NCBI GenBank assembly: GCA_049318005.1
Contig: JBMOHE010000002.1
Location: forward strand, 13,824 to 77,823
DNA: 64,000 nt
Source of the DNA: Patescibacteria group bacterium
GTDB lineage: Bacteria > Patescibacteriota > Patescibacteriia > Patescibacteriales > UBA12465
Reading direction: 5' to 3'
Part shown: positions 17,200 through 26,885 of the stretch, piece by piece
Layout: each line of letters opens with the position of its first letter
Position numbering within the stretch: position 1 is the first letter of the stretch
The notes under the pieces: model-generated
Databases searched by the model: none
Seen by the model: only the letters and a program-made list of their open reading frames with translations
What the model was told of the DNA's origin: nothing
Made by a program: the position numbers and the translations under genes

Positions 17200-19611
17200 T
17201 TACTGACAAGCCTCACAATCAGGATTATTTATCAGACAGGCTTTAGGTTCAACTTTCTCAACTGGCGCAACTACTTGCTCTTTGGGCATTTCAATAGTTT
17301 TAGAAATCTGAGAAGCCGCTAAGGTTCTTAAATAATAAGTTGTCTTAAGTCCCGTCTTCCAGGCATCAATATATAAATCGCTCAAGGCCTTACCACTACT
17401 AGTTGAAACAAAAATATTAGTCGAAGCACTTTGATCTATCCATTTCGCTCTATAAGCCGCCGCTTTAACAACCCACTCAGGCTCAACTTCAAAAGTTTCC
17501 CTATATTTATTTTTTAATTTATTTGGAATAGAGCCAATACTTGCAACAGATCCATTATTGTATTTTATCAAATCAAGAGTGGCTTTATTCCAGAGACCGG
17601 CCAAAATTAAATCATCTACTAAATATTTATTAATAACCAAGAAGCTACCAGACATATTCTCCTTACTATAAATATTTTTAAATATTGGCTCAACGCAAGG
17701 AGCCACGCCGGTAATATTTGAGATAGTAGCCGTCGGCGCGATTGCTAAGCAGTTAGAATTTCTCATTCCCTGACTCTTAATCTTTTCTCGTAAAGCGTTC
17801 CAATCAAGACTAGAATTTTTATCAATCGTTAAAGCTAAGCCACGTTCTTTTTCTAGTATATCTAAGGTATCAATAGGTAAAATTCCGCGACTCCATTTAC
17901 TTCCCCTATAAGTTTCATAAGCGCCTCTCTCTAAAGCTAAATCCGAACTGGCTGAATATGCATAATACGAAATTAACTCCATTGAATAATCAGCGAATTT
18001 TAAATTTTCATTACTAGCAAAATCAATATCAAGCTGATAAAGAGCGTCCTGATAGCCCATCAATCCTAGTCCAACCGGTCGATGACGATTATTAGATTTT
18101 TCAGTTTCAGGGATTGTATAGAAATTTATATCAACTACGTTATCAAGCATACGCATGCCCGTTTTAACTGACTCCCTTATTAAATCACTATTGAGCTTTC
18201 CGTCTTTAATCATTAAGCTCAAATTCAAACTAGCTAAATTACAAACTGCTACTTCATCAGCCGAATTATTTAAAGTAATTTCTGTGCACAAATTTGAATT
18301 ATGAATCACGCCAACATGATCCTGCGGCGAACGTAAATTACAAGGATCTTTGAACGTAATCCACGGATGACCAGTTTCGTAAAGCATAGTTAAAATTTTC
18401 TTCCATAATTCTTTAGCCGATATTTTTCGCGCCCCAAGGATATCCTTTCTTTCATATTCTTCATATTTTTCCTCGAACTTATGTCCGTATAAATCATGAA
18501 GCTCGGGAACGTCGCTCGGAGAAAATAGAGTCCAATCGCCGTCACTCAAAACTCTTTTCATAAATAAATCAGGAATCCAACAAGCGGGATGAATATCATG
18601 AGACCGGCGACGTTCGTCTCCAGTATTCTTCTTGAGTTCTAAAAACTCTTCGATATCGTTATGCCAAACTTCTAGATACGCCGCGAGCGCTCCGCGACGT
18701 TTTCCGCCCTGATTAACAGCAACCGCGATATCATTAAAAATTTTGATGAATGGAATTATTCCTTGAGAGTCACCGTTAGTTCCTTTTATTTTTGACCCCA
18801 TTGATCTAACAGGCGTCCAATCGGTTCCTATTCCGCCCGACCATTTTGACAAACGAGCCACGTCAGAAAATGATTTAAAAATCCCTATTAAAGAGTCGTC
18901 GACCGTATTAAGGAAACACGAACTTAATTGACTATGGATGGTCCCACTATTAAATAGAGTTGGCGTTGATGGAACTAGTAAAAACTGAGACATTAAATTA
19001 TAAAACTCAATCGCCCTATCTTCGCGCTTATCTTCTTTTAAGGCTAAACCCATAGCAATTCGCATCCACATCCACTGCGGCAGTTCAAATATATGCCGAG
19101 GCTTAGTCGGTGTTTTTAATAAATATCTATCATAAATAGTCTGGGCACCTAAGTATTGAAAATTATTATCGCGATTTTTATCAAGCGCGCCGGATAATTT
19201 AAATAAATCAAACTTAGCTAGCTCTGGATTTAGTAGTTCGTATTTGATTCCTTTAGAAATATAATCAATAAACCCTTGTCTATGCTTTTTAAGGCTTAAA
19301 TCTTCACCTAGCAGCTCTTTGTCATAATCAAGTCCAAGGACCTCCTCGCATAATTCATCAATTAATAAACGGGCTGCTAAATAGGAATAGTTATAATGTC
19401 TCTCAATCAAGAAAGTCGTCGCATTAATAATCGTTTTTTTAAGTTCGCTAACTTTAATTCCTTCATAAAGATTCTTATTTATTTCTTCGAGAATAATTTC
19501 AATATCAATGTGCTCGAGATCTTGCGATATAATTTTCAATTTTTCTTTAATTTTATCTTCGGAAAAATTTTCGACACTGCCGTCGTTTGCAATAATTTTA
19601 TGGATACTCAT
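17200..19611 (-). CDS. nrdA: Ribonucleotide reductase class I alpha subunit with N-terminal ATP-cone (start moved to M28 of the track ORF)
   Basis: SNLCTEITL active-site block, C-terminal CxxC (CEAC); the first 27 track codons overlap the promoter, ATG at 19609-19611 starts MSIHKIIANDGSVENF. Confidence 0.92.
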   Translation of the reverse strand: MSIHKIIANDGSVENFSEDKIKEKLKIISQDLEHIDIEIILEEINKNLYEGIKVSELKKTIINATTFLIERHYNYSYLAARLLIDELCEEVLGLDYDKELLGEDLSLKKHRQGFIDYISKGIKYELLNPELAKFDLFKLSGALDKNRDNNFQYLGAQTIYDRYLLKTPTKPRHIFELPQWMWMRIAMGLALKEDKREDRAIEFYNLMSQFLLVPSTPTLFNSGTIHSQLSSCFLNTVDDSLIGIFKSFSDVARLSKWSGGIGTDWTPVRSMGSKIKGTNGDSQGIIPFIKIFNDIAVAVNQGGKRRGALAAYLEVWHNDIEEFLELKKNTGDERRRSHDIHPACWIPDLFMKRVLSDGDWTLFSPSDVPELHDLYGHKFEEKYEEYERKDILGARKISAKELWKKILTMLYETGHPWITFKDPCNLRSPQDHVGVIHNSNLCTEITLNNSADEVAVCNLASLNLSLMIKDGKLNSDLIRESVKTGMRMLDNVVDINFYTIPETEKSNNRHRPVGLGLMGYQDALYQLDIDFASNENLKFADYSMELISYYAYSASSDLALERGAYETYRGSKWSRGILPIDTLDILEKERGLALTIDKNSSLDWNALREKIKSQGMRNSNCLAIAPTATISNITGVAPCVEPIFKNIYSKENMSGSFLVINKYLVDDLILAGLWNKATLDLIKYNNGSVASIGSIPNKLKNKYRETFEVEPEWVVKAAAYRAKWIDQSASTNIFVSTSSGKALSDLYIDAWKTGLKTTYYLRTLAASQISKTIEMPKEQVVAPVEKVEPKACLINNPDCEACQ

Positions 19612-19636
19612 ATGAGAATTCTTTTTATATAAATAA

Positions 19637-19685
19637 ATACTACACATTGTGGTAGTAATTAATATTATACCACAACATATAGTAC
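19637..19685 (-). promoter_or_regulatory. Two candidate NrdR boxes (19637-19652 and 19670-19685)
   Basis: Minus strand GTACTATATGTTGTGG and CCACAATGTGTAGTAT, each about 11-12/16 to the remembered consensus acaCwAtATaTwGtgt; centres 33 bp apart; they flank/overlap the -10. Confidence 0.45.
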
Positions 19686-19692
19686 TCGCCAA
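19664..19692 (-). promoter_or_regulatory. Sigma-70-type promoter of nrdAB
   Basis: Minus strand TTGGCG-17 nt-TATAAT with TGg extended -10. Confidence 0.6.
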
Positions 19693-19704
19693 GATGCTAA
19701 AACA

Positions 19705-19735
19705 TTAAAAAAAGAGCGATATTTTAAGTCGCTCC
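19705..19735 (-). terminator. Intrinsic terminator after the 67-aa ORF, insulating nrdAB
   Basis: Minus strand GAGCGAC-TTAAAATA-TCGCTC followed by TTTTTTT. Confidence 0.65.
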
Positions 19736-19750
19736 GTTTTACAAGTTTAA

Positions 19751-19954
19751 TTATTTAACTTTTGATTTATAAGTTATAATAACTCTTCCATCTTTTGGAT
19801 CCCAAATTACGCAATCATCATCCTTCTTGAATATCTTCCAAGAGGCATAATTTATGCAAAATTTCCATCCATTTTCTTTGAAATACTCTTCTTTGAGTAT
19901 TTGGTCCTCAAAAACCTCACGAGGTTTTACTTTTTTCTCTCCGGGATCATCCAT
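19751..19954 (-). CDS. Hypothetical small protein (67 aa)
   Basis: ORF with its own downstream terminator; no motif recognised. Confidence 0.45.
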   Translation of the reverse strand: MDDPGEKKVKPREVFEDQILKEEYFKENGWKFCINYASWKIFKKDDDCVIWDPKDGRVIITYKSKVK

Positions 19955-20040
19955 GAATTAAGTTGTTATATTCGATTAATACTATTATTTATAAAATGAA
20001 CTAAAAATAATATATCATATTATTTATATTATGTCAATAT

Positions 20041-21267
20041 CTATTCTATTCTTAGGGCTTCAACCGGATCTAAATTAGCTGCCTGCTTAGCTGGTCTATA
20101 ACCAAATAACAGACCGCATAAAATTGAAAATAGTAAAGAAGCGCCAATTCCCTGCCAAGGGAAAATAAACTGCCAATTTAAATTAAAATATTTAGCCAGT
20201 AAGGTTAAAAGAAAGGAAAAAATAACTCCCAAGATAGTTCCTAGCAACCAGCCCCAGAAAGTAATTAATAATGATTCAATTAAAAACTGCCAGACAACAT
20301 CTTTTTTAGTTGCGCCCAGCGCTTTACGCAAACCAATCTCTGGAGTTCTCTCAACGACAGTAACATACATAATATTCATAATACCGACTCCTCCGACCAA
20401 CAAAGAAATTAAGACAATCGCTAGTAATAAATATGTAACGGCATTAGTAACCGTTCCCAGTGTGTTTAACATTTCTTCCATGGTCGAGACCCTGAAATCA
20501 TCTTTATCGGGGTTAGTGATATTATGGCGCTCGCGCAACAAACCTTTAATTTCTTCGGCCGTCTCGGGCGCTCGATTAACATCCCTAACTTGATGCATGA
20601 AATAAATTGCATAATCAATGCCCAAGATACTTTTATGGAGAGTATTTATAGGAACATAAACAATATTATCGAAATCAATGAATGCCGCTCCTCCTCCCTG
20701 AGCGCTCAAAACGCCAACGACTTTAAATTTCTTACTACCTAATTTAATTGATTTTCCTACCGCCTCCTGATTACCAAATAAATAATCTTTTAAAGAAGCC
20801 CCTAAAACGGCGACCATGGCCTGACTTTTGTCATCATCTTCACTGAAAAATTCCCCTGATGCTAATTTAGTTTTAGAATCTATCTGTGCATAAGGAGCGC
20901 TAGTTCCAAAAATAAATACTTTCTTACTCTGCGATTCATAACTAACCCTCTGCTGCGCCAATGAGGCGGCATAGCTCATTGAAACATTACTAATTCTATT
21001 AATCGCCGACATGTCATCCATTTTCAAAGAAGTAACTTCAACCACGCCATTAGGGCTATTACCTGGAGCCTTAGCCTCGGTCTGGATAACATTAGTTCCA
21101 TATGATTTAATCTCGCCTGAAACAAGATTGCTCAACATGCTCCCGGCTGAAAAAACAATAATAATCGCCGAAACTCCGATAACCACGCCTAAAACAGTTA
21201 AACTTGTTCTAAGAAGATTCAAGCGTAATGATCTGTAAGCTAATTGGAAGGCAATGATAATCCGCAT
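20041..21267 (-). CDS. ABC transporter permease, MacB/FtsX type (second copy)
   Basis: N-terminal TM, large extracytoplasmic domain, C-terminal FtsX block GIMNIMYVTVVERTPEIGLRKALGA. Confidence 0.9.
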   Translation of the reverse strand: MRIIIAFQLAYRSLRLNLLRTSLTVLGVVIGVSAIIIVFSAGSMLSNLVSGEIKSYGTNVIQTEAKAPGNSPNGVVEVTSLKMDDMSAINRISNVSMSYAASLAQQRVSYESQSKKVFIFGTSAPYAQIDSKTKLASGEFFSEDDDKSQAMVAVLGASLKDYLFGNQEAVGKSIKLGSKKFKVVGVLSAQGGGAAFIDFDNIVYVPINTLHKSILGIDYAIYFMHQVRDVNRAPETAEEIKGLLRERHNITNPDKDDFRVSTMEEMLNTLGTVTNAVTYLLLAIVLISLLVGGVGIMNIMYVTVVERTPEIGLRKALGATKKDVVWQFLIESLLITFWGWLLGTILGVIFSFLLTLLAKYFNLNWQFIFPWQGIGASLLFSILCGLLFGYRPAKQAANLDPVEALRIE

Positions 21268-21269
21268 AA

Positions 21270-22517
21270 TTATTCGTAACGTAAGGCTTCTATAGGACTT
21301 AAGCGACTAGCTCGTTTAGCGGGATAATAACCAAAAATAACTCCAATTAAAGTCGAAAGGCCGATAGCAACTATAATAGAAGATAAAGATACAACAAAAT
21401 CCCAACGATAGCCCAAGGAGCGTACAACAACGGCCGTTAAATAAGATATAAGTGATCCCATAAATAGACCAATTAAGCCGCCAAACAAAGTCAAAATGAT
21501 TGCTTCAAATAGAAATTGATTTAATACCTGGCGATTTGTTGCGCCAAGTGCTTTGCGCAAACCAATTTCCCTGGTTCTCTCAGTAACACTAACCAGCATT
21601 ATATTCATAATTCCAATACCACCAACAATTAAAGATAGACCAGCCATGGCTGCTAGAAAATAACGAATTGAATCAGTTATGGTTGTAATTAGAGCGAGCG
21701 CATCACGAAAACTTCGAACTGAAAAATCATCGTCAGCTGGATTATCTATTCCATGACGCTCACGTAATGTCTGACTAACATTTTCCATTACCTCGTCAAT
21801 ATTAACAGCGTTATCAACCTTAACTCTAACAGCACTTAAATAATTAATTCCGGCAATTTCTTTTTGTGCGAATAAAAGAGGCGCGAAAACTAAATTATCA
21901 TAACTTTGAAAACCAACCTGCCCTCTTTTTTTCATTACTCCTATTACCGTAGCGGTTTGATTTTTAATTTTTATTTTTTGACCTACCGGATCAGTTCCAC
22001 CAAATAATTCAGTGGCGGCCGTACTTCCTAAAACCGCTAAACGTAAATCGGATGAAAGTTCTTCTTTAGAAAAAAAGCGACCTGACTCAACTTCTCCACC
22101 GTCAACTGCCAAATAATCACCATATATTCCCTGCAAATTTGCGTCATAACTTTGATCACGCCAATAAACAGTTGCGCTAGATTGATAATAAGCAAAAACG
22201 GCCGAAACATGCAAAACATTTTTAGGATCTCTAAAGGCCTCAGCATCGCTAAGTTTTAAACTTGTAACCTTAACACCAAAAACAGACGCTGGTGGTCCTT
22301 TCTCATCAGACTGACCTGGCAAAACCCCTACCAAATCGCTACCAAAACCCGATAACTGACCAAGAATTAATGATTTGGCACCAGCTCCCAGCGACATGAT
22401 CAGAACAACGGCACCAACGCCAATAATAATTCCCAGCATAGTTAAAAAACTCCTGGTCTTATTACCAAGCAAAGAAATAAAAACTATTTTGAGTAATTGG
22501 CGAAAATTTTCTAACAT
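21270..22517 (-). CDS. ABC transporter permease, MacB/FtsX type (first copy)
   Basis: Same architecture; GIMNIMLVSVTERTREIGLRKALGA. Confidence 0.9.
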   Translation of the reverse strand: MLENFRQLLKIVFISLLGNKTRSFLTMLGIIIGVGAVVLIMSLGAGAKSLILGQLSGFGSDLVGVLPGQSDEKGPPASVFGVKVTSLKLSDAEAFRDPKNVLHVSAVFAYYQSSATVYWRDQSYDANLQGIYGDYLAVDGGEVESGRFFSKEELSSDLRLAVLGSTAATELFGGTDPVGQKIKIKNQTATVIGVMKKRGQVGFQSYDNLVFAPLLFAQKEIAGINYLSAVRVKVDNAVNIDEVMENVSQTLRERHGIDNPADDDFSVRSFRDALALITTITDSIRYFLAAMAGLSLIVGGIGIMNIMLVSVTERTREIGLRKALGATNRQVLNQFLFEAIILTLFGGLIGLFMGSLISYLTAVVVRSLGYRWDFVVSLSSIIVAIGLSTLIGVIFGYYPAKRASRLSPIEALRYE

Positions 22518-22519
22518 AA

Positions 22520-23242
22520 TTATTTCAAAGTTTCACCTTCAGTAGCAAAGCGTCTATGCTTGACTATCTCATCGCCAACTATTTTTCCGTCATGAACTCG
22601 AATAATGCGCTTAGCATGTTCAGCGGTATATGTTTCATGGGTAACCAAAATAATTGTTTTACCCTGTGCATTTAAATCTTGTAGAATTTTCATTACCTGA
22701 ATACCGGATTTTGAATCAAGGTTACCGGTTGGTTCATCAGCAAAAATAACCGAAGGATTATTAACCAAAGCTCTGGCAATTGCAACTCTCTGCTTTTCCC
22801 CGCCAGAGATTTGATTAGTATGATAGTTAAGTCGATGATCAAGGCCAACGCTTTTTAAGACATCGGCCGCTCTATCGTCCATTTTTAATTTATTATCGGA
22901 ATAAATTAAAGGCAACTTAACATTATCTAAAACACTAGTACGTGCTAAAAGATTAAAGGCTTGAAAGACAAAGCCAATTTCCTTGTTTCTTAAATGTGCT
23001 AATTCTTCATCATCTAATTTACCAATATCACGACCAGCAAAAAAATAATGACCTAAAGTCGGACGTTCTAGTAAACCAAGAATATGCATTAAGGTTGACT
23101 TGCCAGAACCAGATGGACCCATAATAGAAACGAATTCCCCTTCTTTAATTTCAAAATTTACATCCTTTAAAACTTCAGTCGTCAAATCTCCAGTAATATA
23201 CGTTTTTGTGAGATTGCTAATTTCAATCAAAGCTTTTGTCAT
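22520..23242 (-). CDS. ABC transporter ATP-binding protein (MacB/LolD-like)
   Basis: Walker [10 protein letters not shown], signature [15 protein letters not shown], Walker B IFADEPT. Confidence 0.95.
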   Translation of the reverse strand: MTKALIEISNLTKTYITGDLTTEVLKDVNFEIKEGEFVSIMGPSGSGKSTLMHILGLLERPTLGHYFFAGRDIGKLDDEELAHLRNKEIGFVFQAFNLLARTSVLDNVKLPLIYSDNKLKMDDRAADVLKSVGLDHRLNYHTNQISGGEKQRVAIARALVNNPSVIFADEPTGNLDSKSGIQVMKILQDLNAQGKTIILVTHETYTAEHAKRIIRVHDGKIVGDEIVKHRRFATEGETLK

Positions 23243-23249
23243 AATTTTA

Positions 23250-25193
23250 TTATTTAGCTGGAGCTGGGGTAGTTGTTTTAATAAAAGTTATCACATTGTC
23301 ACCTTCTTTTAGACCACTTAAAATCTCAACCATGCCCTCATCTCCTCGTAAGCCGGTTTTAACAGCAACTTCCTGAACCAAGCCGTCCACCAAAAGACGG
23401 ACGATAGTTTGCGAGTCTTTTTCAATTAACGATCGGGCTGGAACCTGCAAAGCCTGATCTCTCTTCTCTGTCATAATAACAACATTAGTCGTCATACCGG
23501 ATTTAAGGCTTAAACCCTTAGAATCAAGGAGACTAATTATTTCATTGATATTTGTAAAATCAATTTTAACTTTATAATAAACAACGTCTTGAATTACGGT
23601 TTGAGCGGGCTCGATAAAACTTACCTGTCCCTTCAAAATTAAATCTCCCGGGAAAGCATCAAGAGTTAAATCAACTTGATTGCCAATCTTAATTTTACTG
23701 ATGTTTGATTCAGCAATATCAACTTCAACATTAAAACTATTATTCACCAAAATTGAAACCATTGATTTAGCACTTGGAGAAAACTGTTCACCAACTTCAA
23801 AATTAACCTGGTTAACAACGCCATCTAAAGGAGAAACTAATAAAGAATCTTTAATTTGTTGATTAATACCATCAAGAGTTGCTTGAGCTTGATTAACTTG
23901 AGCTTGGGCGACAGAAATATCTTGGGCACGAGCCGGAGCAACGGTATTAATATATTGTGCCTGAGAAACCGCAAGACTATTATTAGCACTATTTAGGCGA
24001 GCCTGAGCAGATGAAATCTGCTGATCACCACTTAGTTTAACGCTACTCAAAGCGTTACGAGCGGCTAGTTTAGCATTATCAAGATTAACTTGGGCCTGTC
24101 CTAAATTATCTTCAGCGCTAGCAACACTTGTTTGCTTATTTAAAACTGCATTATGAAAATTCTGAATAGACACTTCTAAGGCGGAGCTAGCTCCATTAAC
24201 CTGGCTAACTTGAGAGCTTATAATAGTTTTATAGGAATCTAATTTAGTTTGAGAGAATGAAGAGCTAACTATACTTGATTCAAGCATAGCGTAAGCATAA
24301 TCAAGCGCATCATCAGTAGCAATTAAAAGCTTCTTAACAGCTTCTCCGGCCAGGCTAATAGAATTTTCATCGTTCTGTTGCCTAGCTTTAGTCGCTAACG
24401 ATTCGGCGGATGGTATTAAAGCGAGGGCCGCCAATCTAGCGTCTTTGGCTTGGTTTAGAGAGGATGAATTTTTGGCGCCTAATACATTCGTCGCACTATC
24501 ATCAGTTAAAAGCGTATTTATATTATCAAGCGCAATTTTCGCGTTTAATATCTTGTCGTTGATAGTTAAAACAGCTGAACTCCTAGTATTATCAATAGTT
24601 TTTTGACCATTTTTCTGTGCATTATCAAGGGCTGTTTTGGCTTGCGCAACTGATTGTTCTTGAGGGGTAATAGTTGATGAGCTAGTCGATTCTAAATCAG
24701 CTGAAGTTTTTTCAGCTTGGCGAATATTTTCAGCGACAGTTTTTTTGATTTTTTCTAAATCAGTTTTGGCTGAAGCAATTGTAGCTTGAGCCTGAGCAAG
24801 ACTTGAACGACTAATGTTAACTGTTTCGCTACTTGCACCAGCCATAAGCTTTGAAAGAGTCGCCTTGGCCATGCTAAGGCCAGCCTCAGCTTCTGTTTTT
24901 CTAACCTGCAAAGAGCTATCATCGAGTGAAGCCAAAACTTTATCTTTAGTTACTTTATCGCCAACCTTTACGTTTACAGTTTTAATTCGTCCTGAAGACA
25001 AAAAATTCAAGGCAATTTCCTTAATAGGCATAACCGTTCCAGATTCATTGACGGTTTGAAGCAATGGGGCTGATTTCACTAAAATAGTTGAATAATCAAC
25101 TTTTTTATTCTTACTTGAAAGCCACCACCAAATACCAATAATAGCCAAAATTACTATAACTAAAATCCAAAGCCAACGCTTATTTTTTTTCAT
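23250..25193 (-). CDS. HlyD/MacA-family periplasmic adaptor with greatly extended coiled-coil (start moved to M22, MKKNKRWLW)
   Basis: TM anchor, lipoyl-like halves GRIKTVNVKVGDKVTKDKVLASLD and SPLDGVVNQVNFEVGEQF separated by roughly 370 aa of Ala/Ser/Gln-rich helix. Confidence 0.85.
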   Translation of the reverse strand: MKKNKRWLWILVIVILAIIGIWWWLSSKNKKVDYSTILVKSAPLLQTVNESGTVMPIKEIALNFLSSGRIKTVNVKVGDKVTKDKVLASLDDSSLQVRKTEAEAGLSMAKATLSKLMAGASSETVNISRSSLAQAQATIASAKTDLEKIKKTVAENIRQAEKTSADLESTSSSTITPQEQSVAQAKTALDNAQKNGQKTIDNTRSSAVLTINDKILNAKIALDNINTLLTDDSATNVLGAKNSSSLNQAKDARLAALALIPSAESLATKARQQNDENSISLAGEAVKKLLIATDDALDYAYAMLESSIVSSSFSQTKLDSYKTIISSQVSQVNGASSALEVSIQNFHNAVLNKQTSVASAEDNLGQAQVNLDNAKLAARNALSSVKLSGDQQISSAQARLNSANNSLAVSQAQYINTVAPARAQDISVAQAQVNQAQATLDGINQQIKDSLLVSPLDGVVNQVNFEVGEQFSPSAKSMVSILVNNSFNVEVDIAESNISKIKIGNQVDLTLDAFPGDLILKGQVSFIEPAQTVIQDVVYYKVKIDFTNINEIISLLDSKGLSLKSGMTTNVVIMTEKRDQALQVPARSLIEKDSQTIVRLLVDGLVQEVAVKTGLRGDEGMVEILSGLKEGDNVITFIKTTTPAPAK

Positions 25194-25392
25194 AAAATCA
25201 AATATATATTCATTTATATTATAAATACTTACGATAATAAAATACCATAAATACACAAAAATAACAAAACAATCGACAAAAAATAGCTAGTACATATGTC
25301 TGAATATATACTCTTGACAAATAGTGATTAATTATGCTAAGTTAATCTAGCAACTTAACAATTAATATTACAAACAAAAAAATGCAACTGCG

Positions 25393-25854
25393 ATGACTAA
25401 AGAAACGGAATTAATCCCTGTAACCAGAAAAACTTACGAAATTATGCTCAAAAAAGAAAATGAACTTAACGAGCTGATTGGCGATGGACAAAAAGAAAAA
25501 GCTCTGGAGAACGAAAACAGAAACGAGAATTTACAAGATTCAACCGCCGAGTTTCATGAAGACTTAAAAGTGTATCGATCTCGTCGTGAAGATCTAAAAA
25601 AAGATTTAGAAAAAATCGAAGTGATACAACCGGAACCACAAAACAAAATTGTAAAAATTGGTAACGCCGTTGTCTTACGAACAAAAACAAATGAAGTTGC
25701 GACCCGCATTCTTGATGGACTAAGTTACTCAAAAAATGTCTGTAGCTTAAAAAGCGCCCTCGGGAACCTTATTTACGGGAAAAAAGTTGGCGATATAGTA
25801 TCTTTAAATAACAAAGAATATACTATCCAGGAAATACTACTTCCTGAATTTTAA
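25393..25854 (+). CDS. GreA/GreB-family paralogue (Gfh-like?)
   Basis: Coiled-coil N-half, tip NLQDSTAEFHED only partly matches the GreA acidic tip; C-terminal IVKIGNAVVL...GKKVGDIVSL GreA-C-like. Confidence 0.5.
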   Translation: MTKETELIPVTRKTYEIMLKKENELNELIGDGQKEKALENENRNENLQDSTAEFHEDLKVYRSRREDLKKDLEKIEVIQPEPQNKIVKIGNAVVLRTKTNEVATRILDGLSYSKNVCSLKSALGNLIYGKKVGDIVSLNNKEYTIQEILLPEF

Positions 25855-25892
25855 ATTTTTTCTTATTTAATCGTATTTATTGCCTCATTAAA

Positions 25893-25925
25893 AGAGTCTC
25901 CTTTCACAGGAGGCTCTATTTTTTT
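25893..25925 (+). terminator. Intrinsic terminator after the greA-like gene
   Basis: AGAGTCTCC-TTTCACA-GGAGGCTCT then ATTTTTTT. Confidence 0.7.
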
Positions 25926-25984
25926 ATAGAAACATATACCAAGCTATGGTATAATTAATATATAAATTTATTAAACATTAAAAT

Positions 25985-26878
25985 ATGTCGATTGAAAAAA
26001 TTACAACTGCAGTTATCCCGGCTGGAGGCTGGGGCACACGCTTTATGCCGGCCACTAAAAGTATTCCTAAAGAAATGTTCCCTCTTGGCAGCAAGCCAAT
26101 TATATTACATGTTGTTGAGGAATTAGTCGCTTCGGGAATAACTAATATCATTTTTGTCGTCTCACACCACAAACAGTCTATTGAAAGTTTTTTTGCTCCC
26201 AACGAAATACTCGAAAATTATATATCAAAGATTAGCGACAAAAACAAAGGTGACGAATTAAAATCTATTCCAAATCTAGCAACCTTTGATTTTGTTTATA
26301 CTCATGAACCGATGGGAAATGGTGGCGCTCTAAGCTCAGTTAGACACTTAGTAAAAGACAAGCCATTTGTCTTAATTTGGTCTGACGAAATTATCTTATC
26401 GAAAACCAAACCACGGGTCGCGCAATGCCTTGATGCTTATTATAAATACGGTAAACCAGTTATCTCCGCTATTAAAATTGAAGACCCATTTAAACGCTCA
26501 AAATATGGGATGGCCGAATTAAATGATTTAAAAGGAGAAACAGAGATAAAAGAAATAAAAAACATTATCGAAAAACCAGCCTTTGGAAAGGCGCCGTCTA
26601 TGTATGCAACTCATGGCGCCTACGTTTTAACTCCAGCTATTTTTGATGCCCTAGATAAGACTAAGGCCGGAGCCAATGGCGAAATTTGGCTAACGGACAT
26701 AATAAATATTATGAGGAAAGAAACCGGACTACTAGCAAAAATAATTAGTGATGGCCATTACTTAGATTGTGGCGATCCTATGCAATACTTATTGTCACAA
26801 GTCGATTACTTTATTAATTACTCAGAATTTGCTGACGAAGCACTTATGGCTCTGGCCCAACCAGTTTGTCATCGTTAA
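25985..26878 (+). CDS. galU: UTP--glucose-1-phosphate uridylyltransferase
   Basis: AVIPAGGWGTRFMPATKSIPKEMFPL N-terminal signature; extended -10 TGgTATAAT at 25947-25955. Confidence 0.9.
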   Translation: MSIEKITTAVIPAGGWGTRFMPATKSIPKEMFPLGSKPIILHVVEELVASGITNIIFVVSHHKQSIESFFAPNEILENYISKISDKNKGDELKSIPNLATFDFVYTHEPMGNGGALSSVRHLVKDKPFVLIWSDEIILSKTKPRVAQCLDAYYKYGKPVISAIKIEDPFKRSKYGMAELNDLKGETEIKEIKNIIEKPAFGKAPSMYATHGAYVLTPAIFDALDKTKAGANGEIWLTDIINIMRKETGLLAKIISDGHYLDCGDPMQYLLSQVDYFINYSEFADEALMALAQPVCHR

Positions 26879-26885
26879 TTTTCTT

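Noticed and set aside
19612-19692. N-terminal 27 codons of the track nrdA ORF (similar extensions: 25194-25256 for the adaptor, 26769-26885 for the synthase, 58428-58520 for the membrane protein)
   Set aside because: The extensions overlap promoters, the preceding gene or a structured element, and have non-protein-like sequence. Internal ATGs give canonical N-termini.
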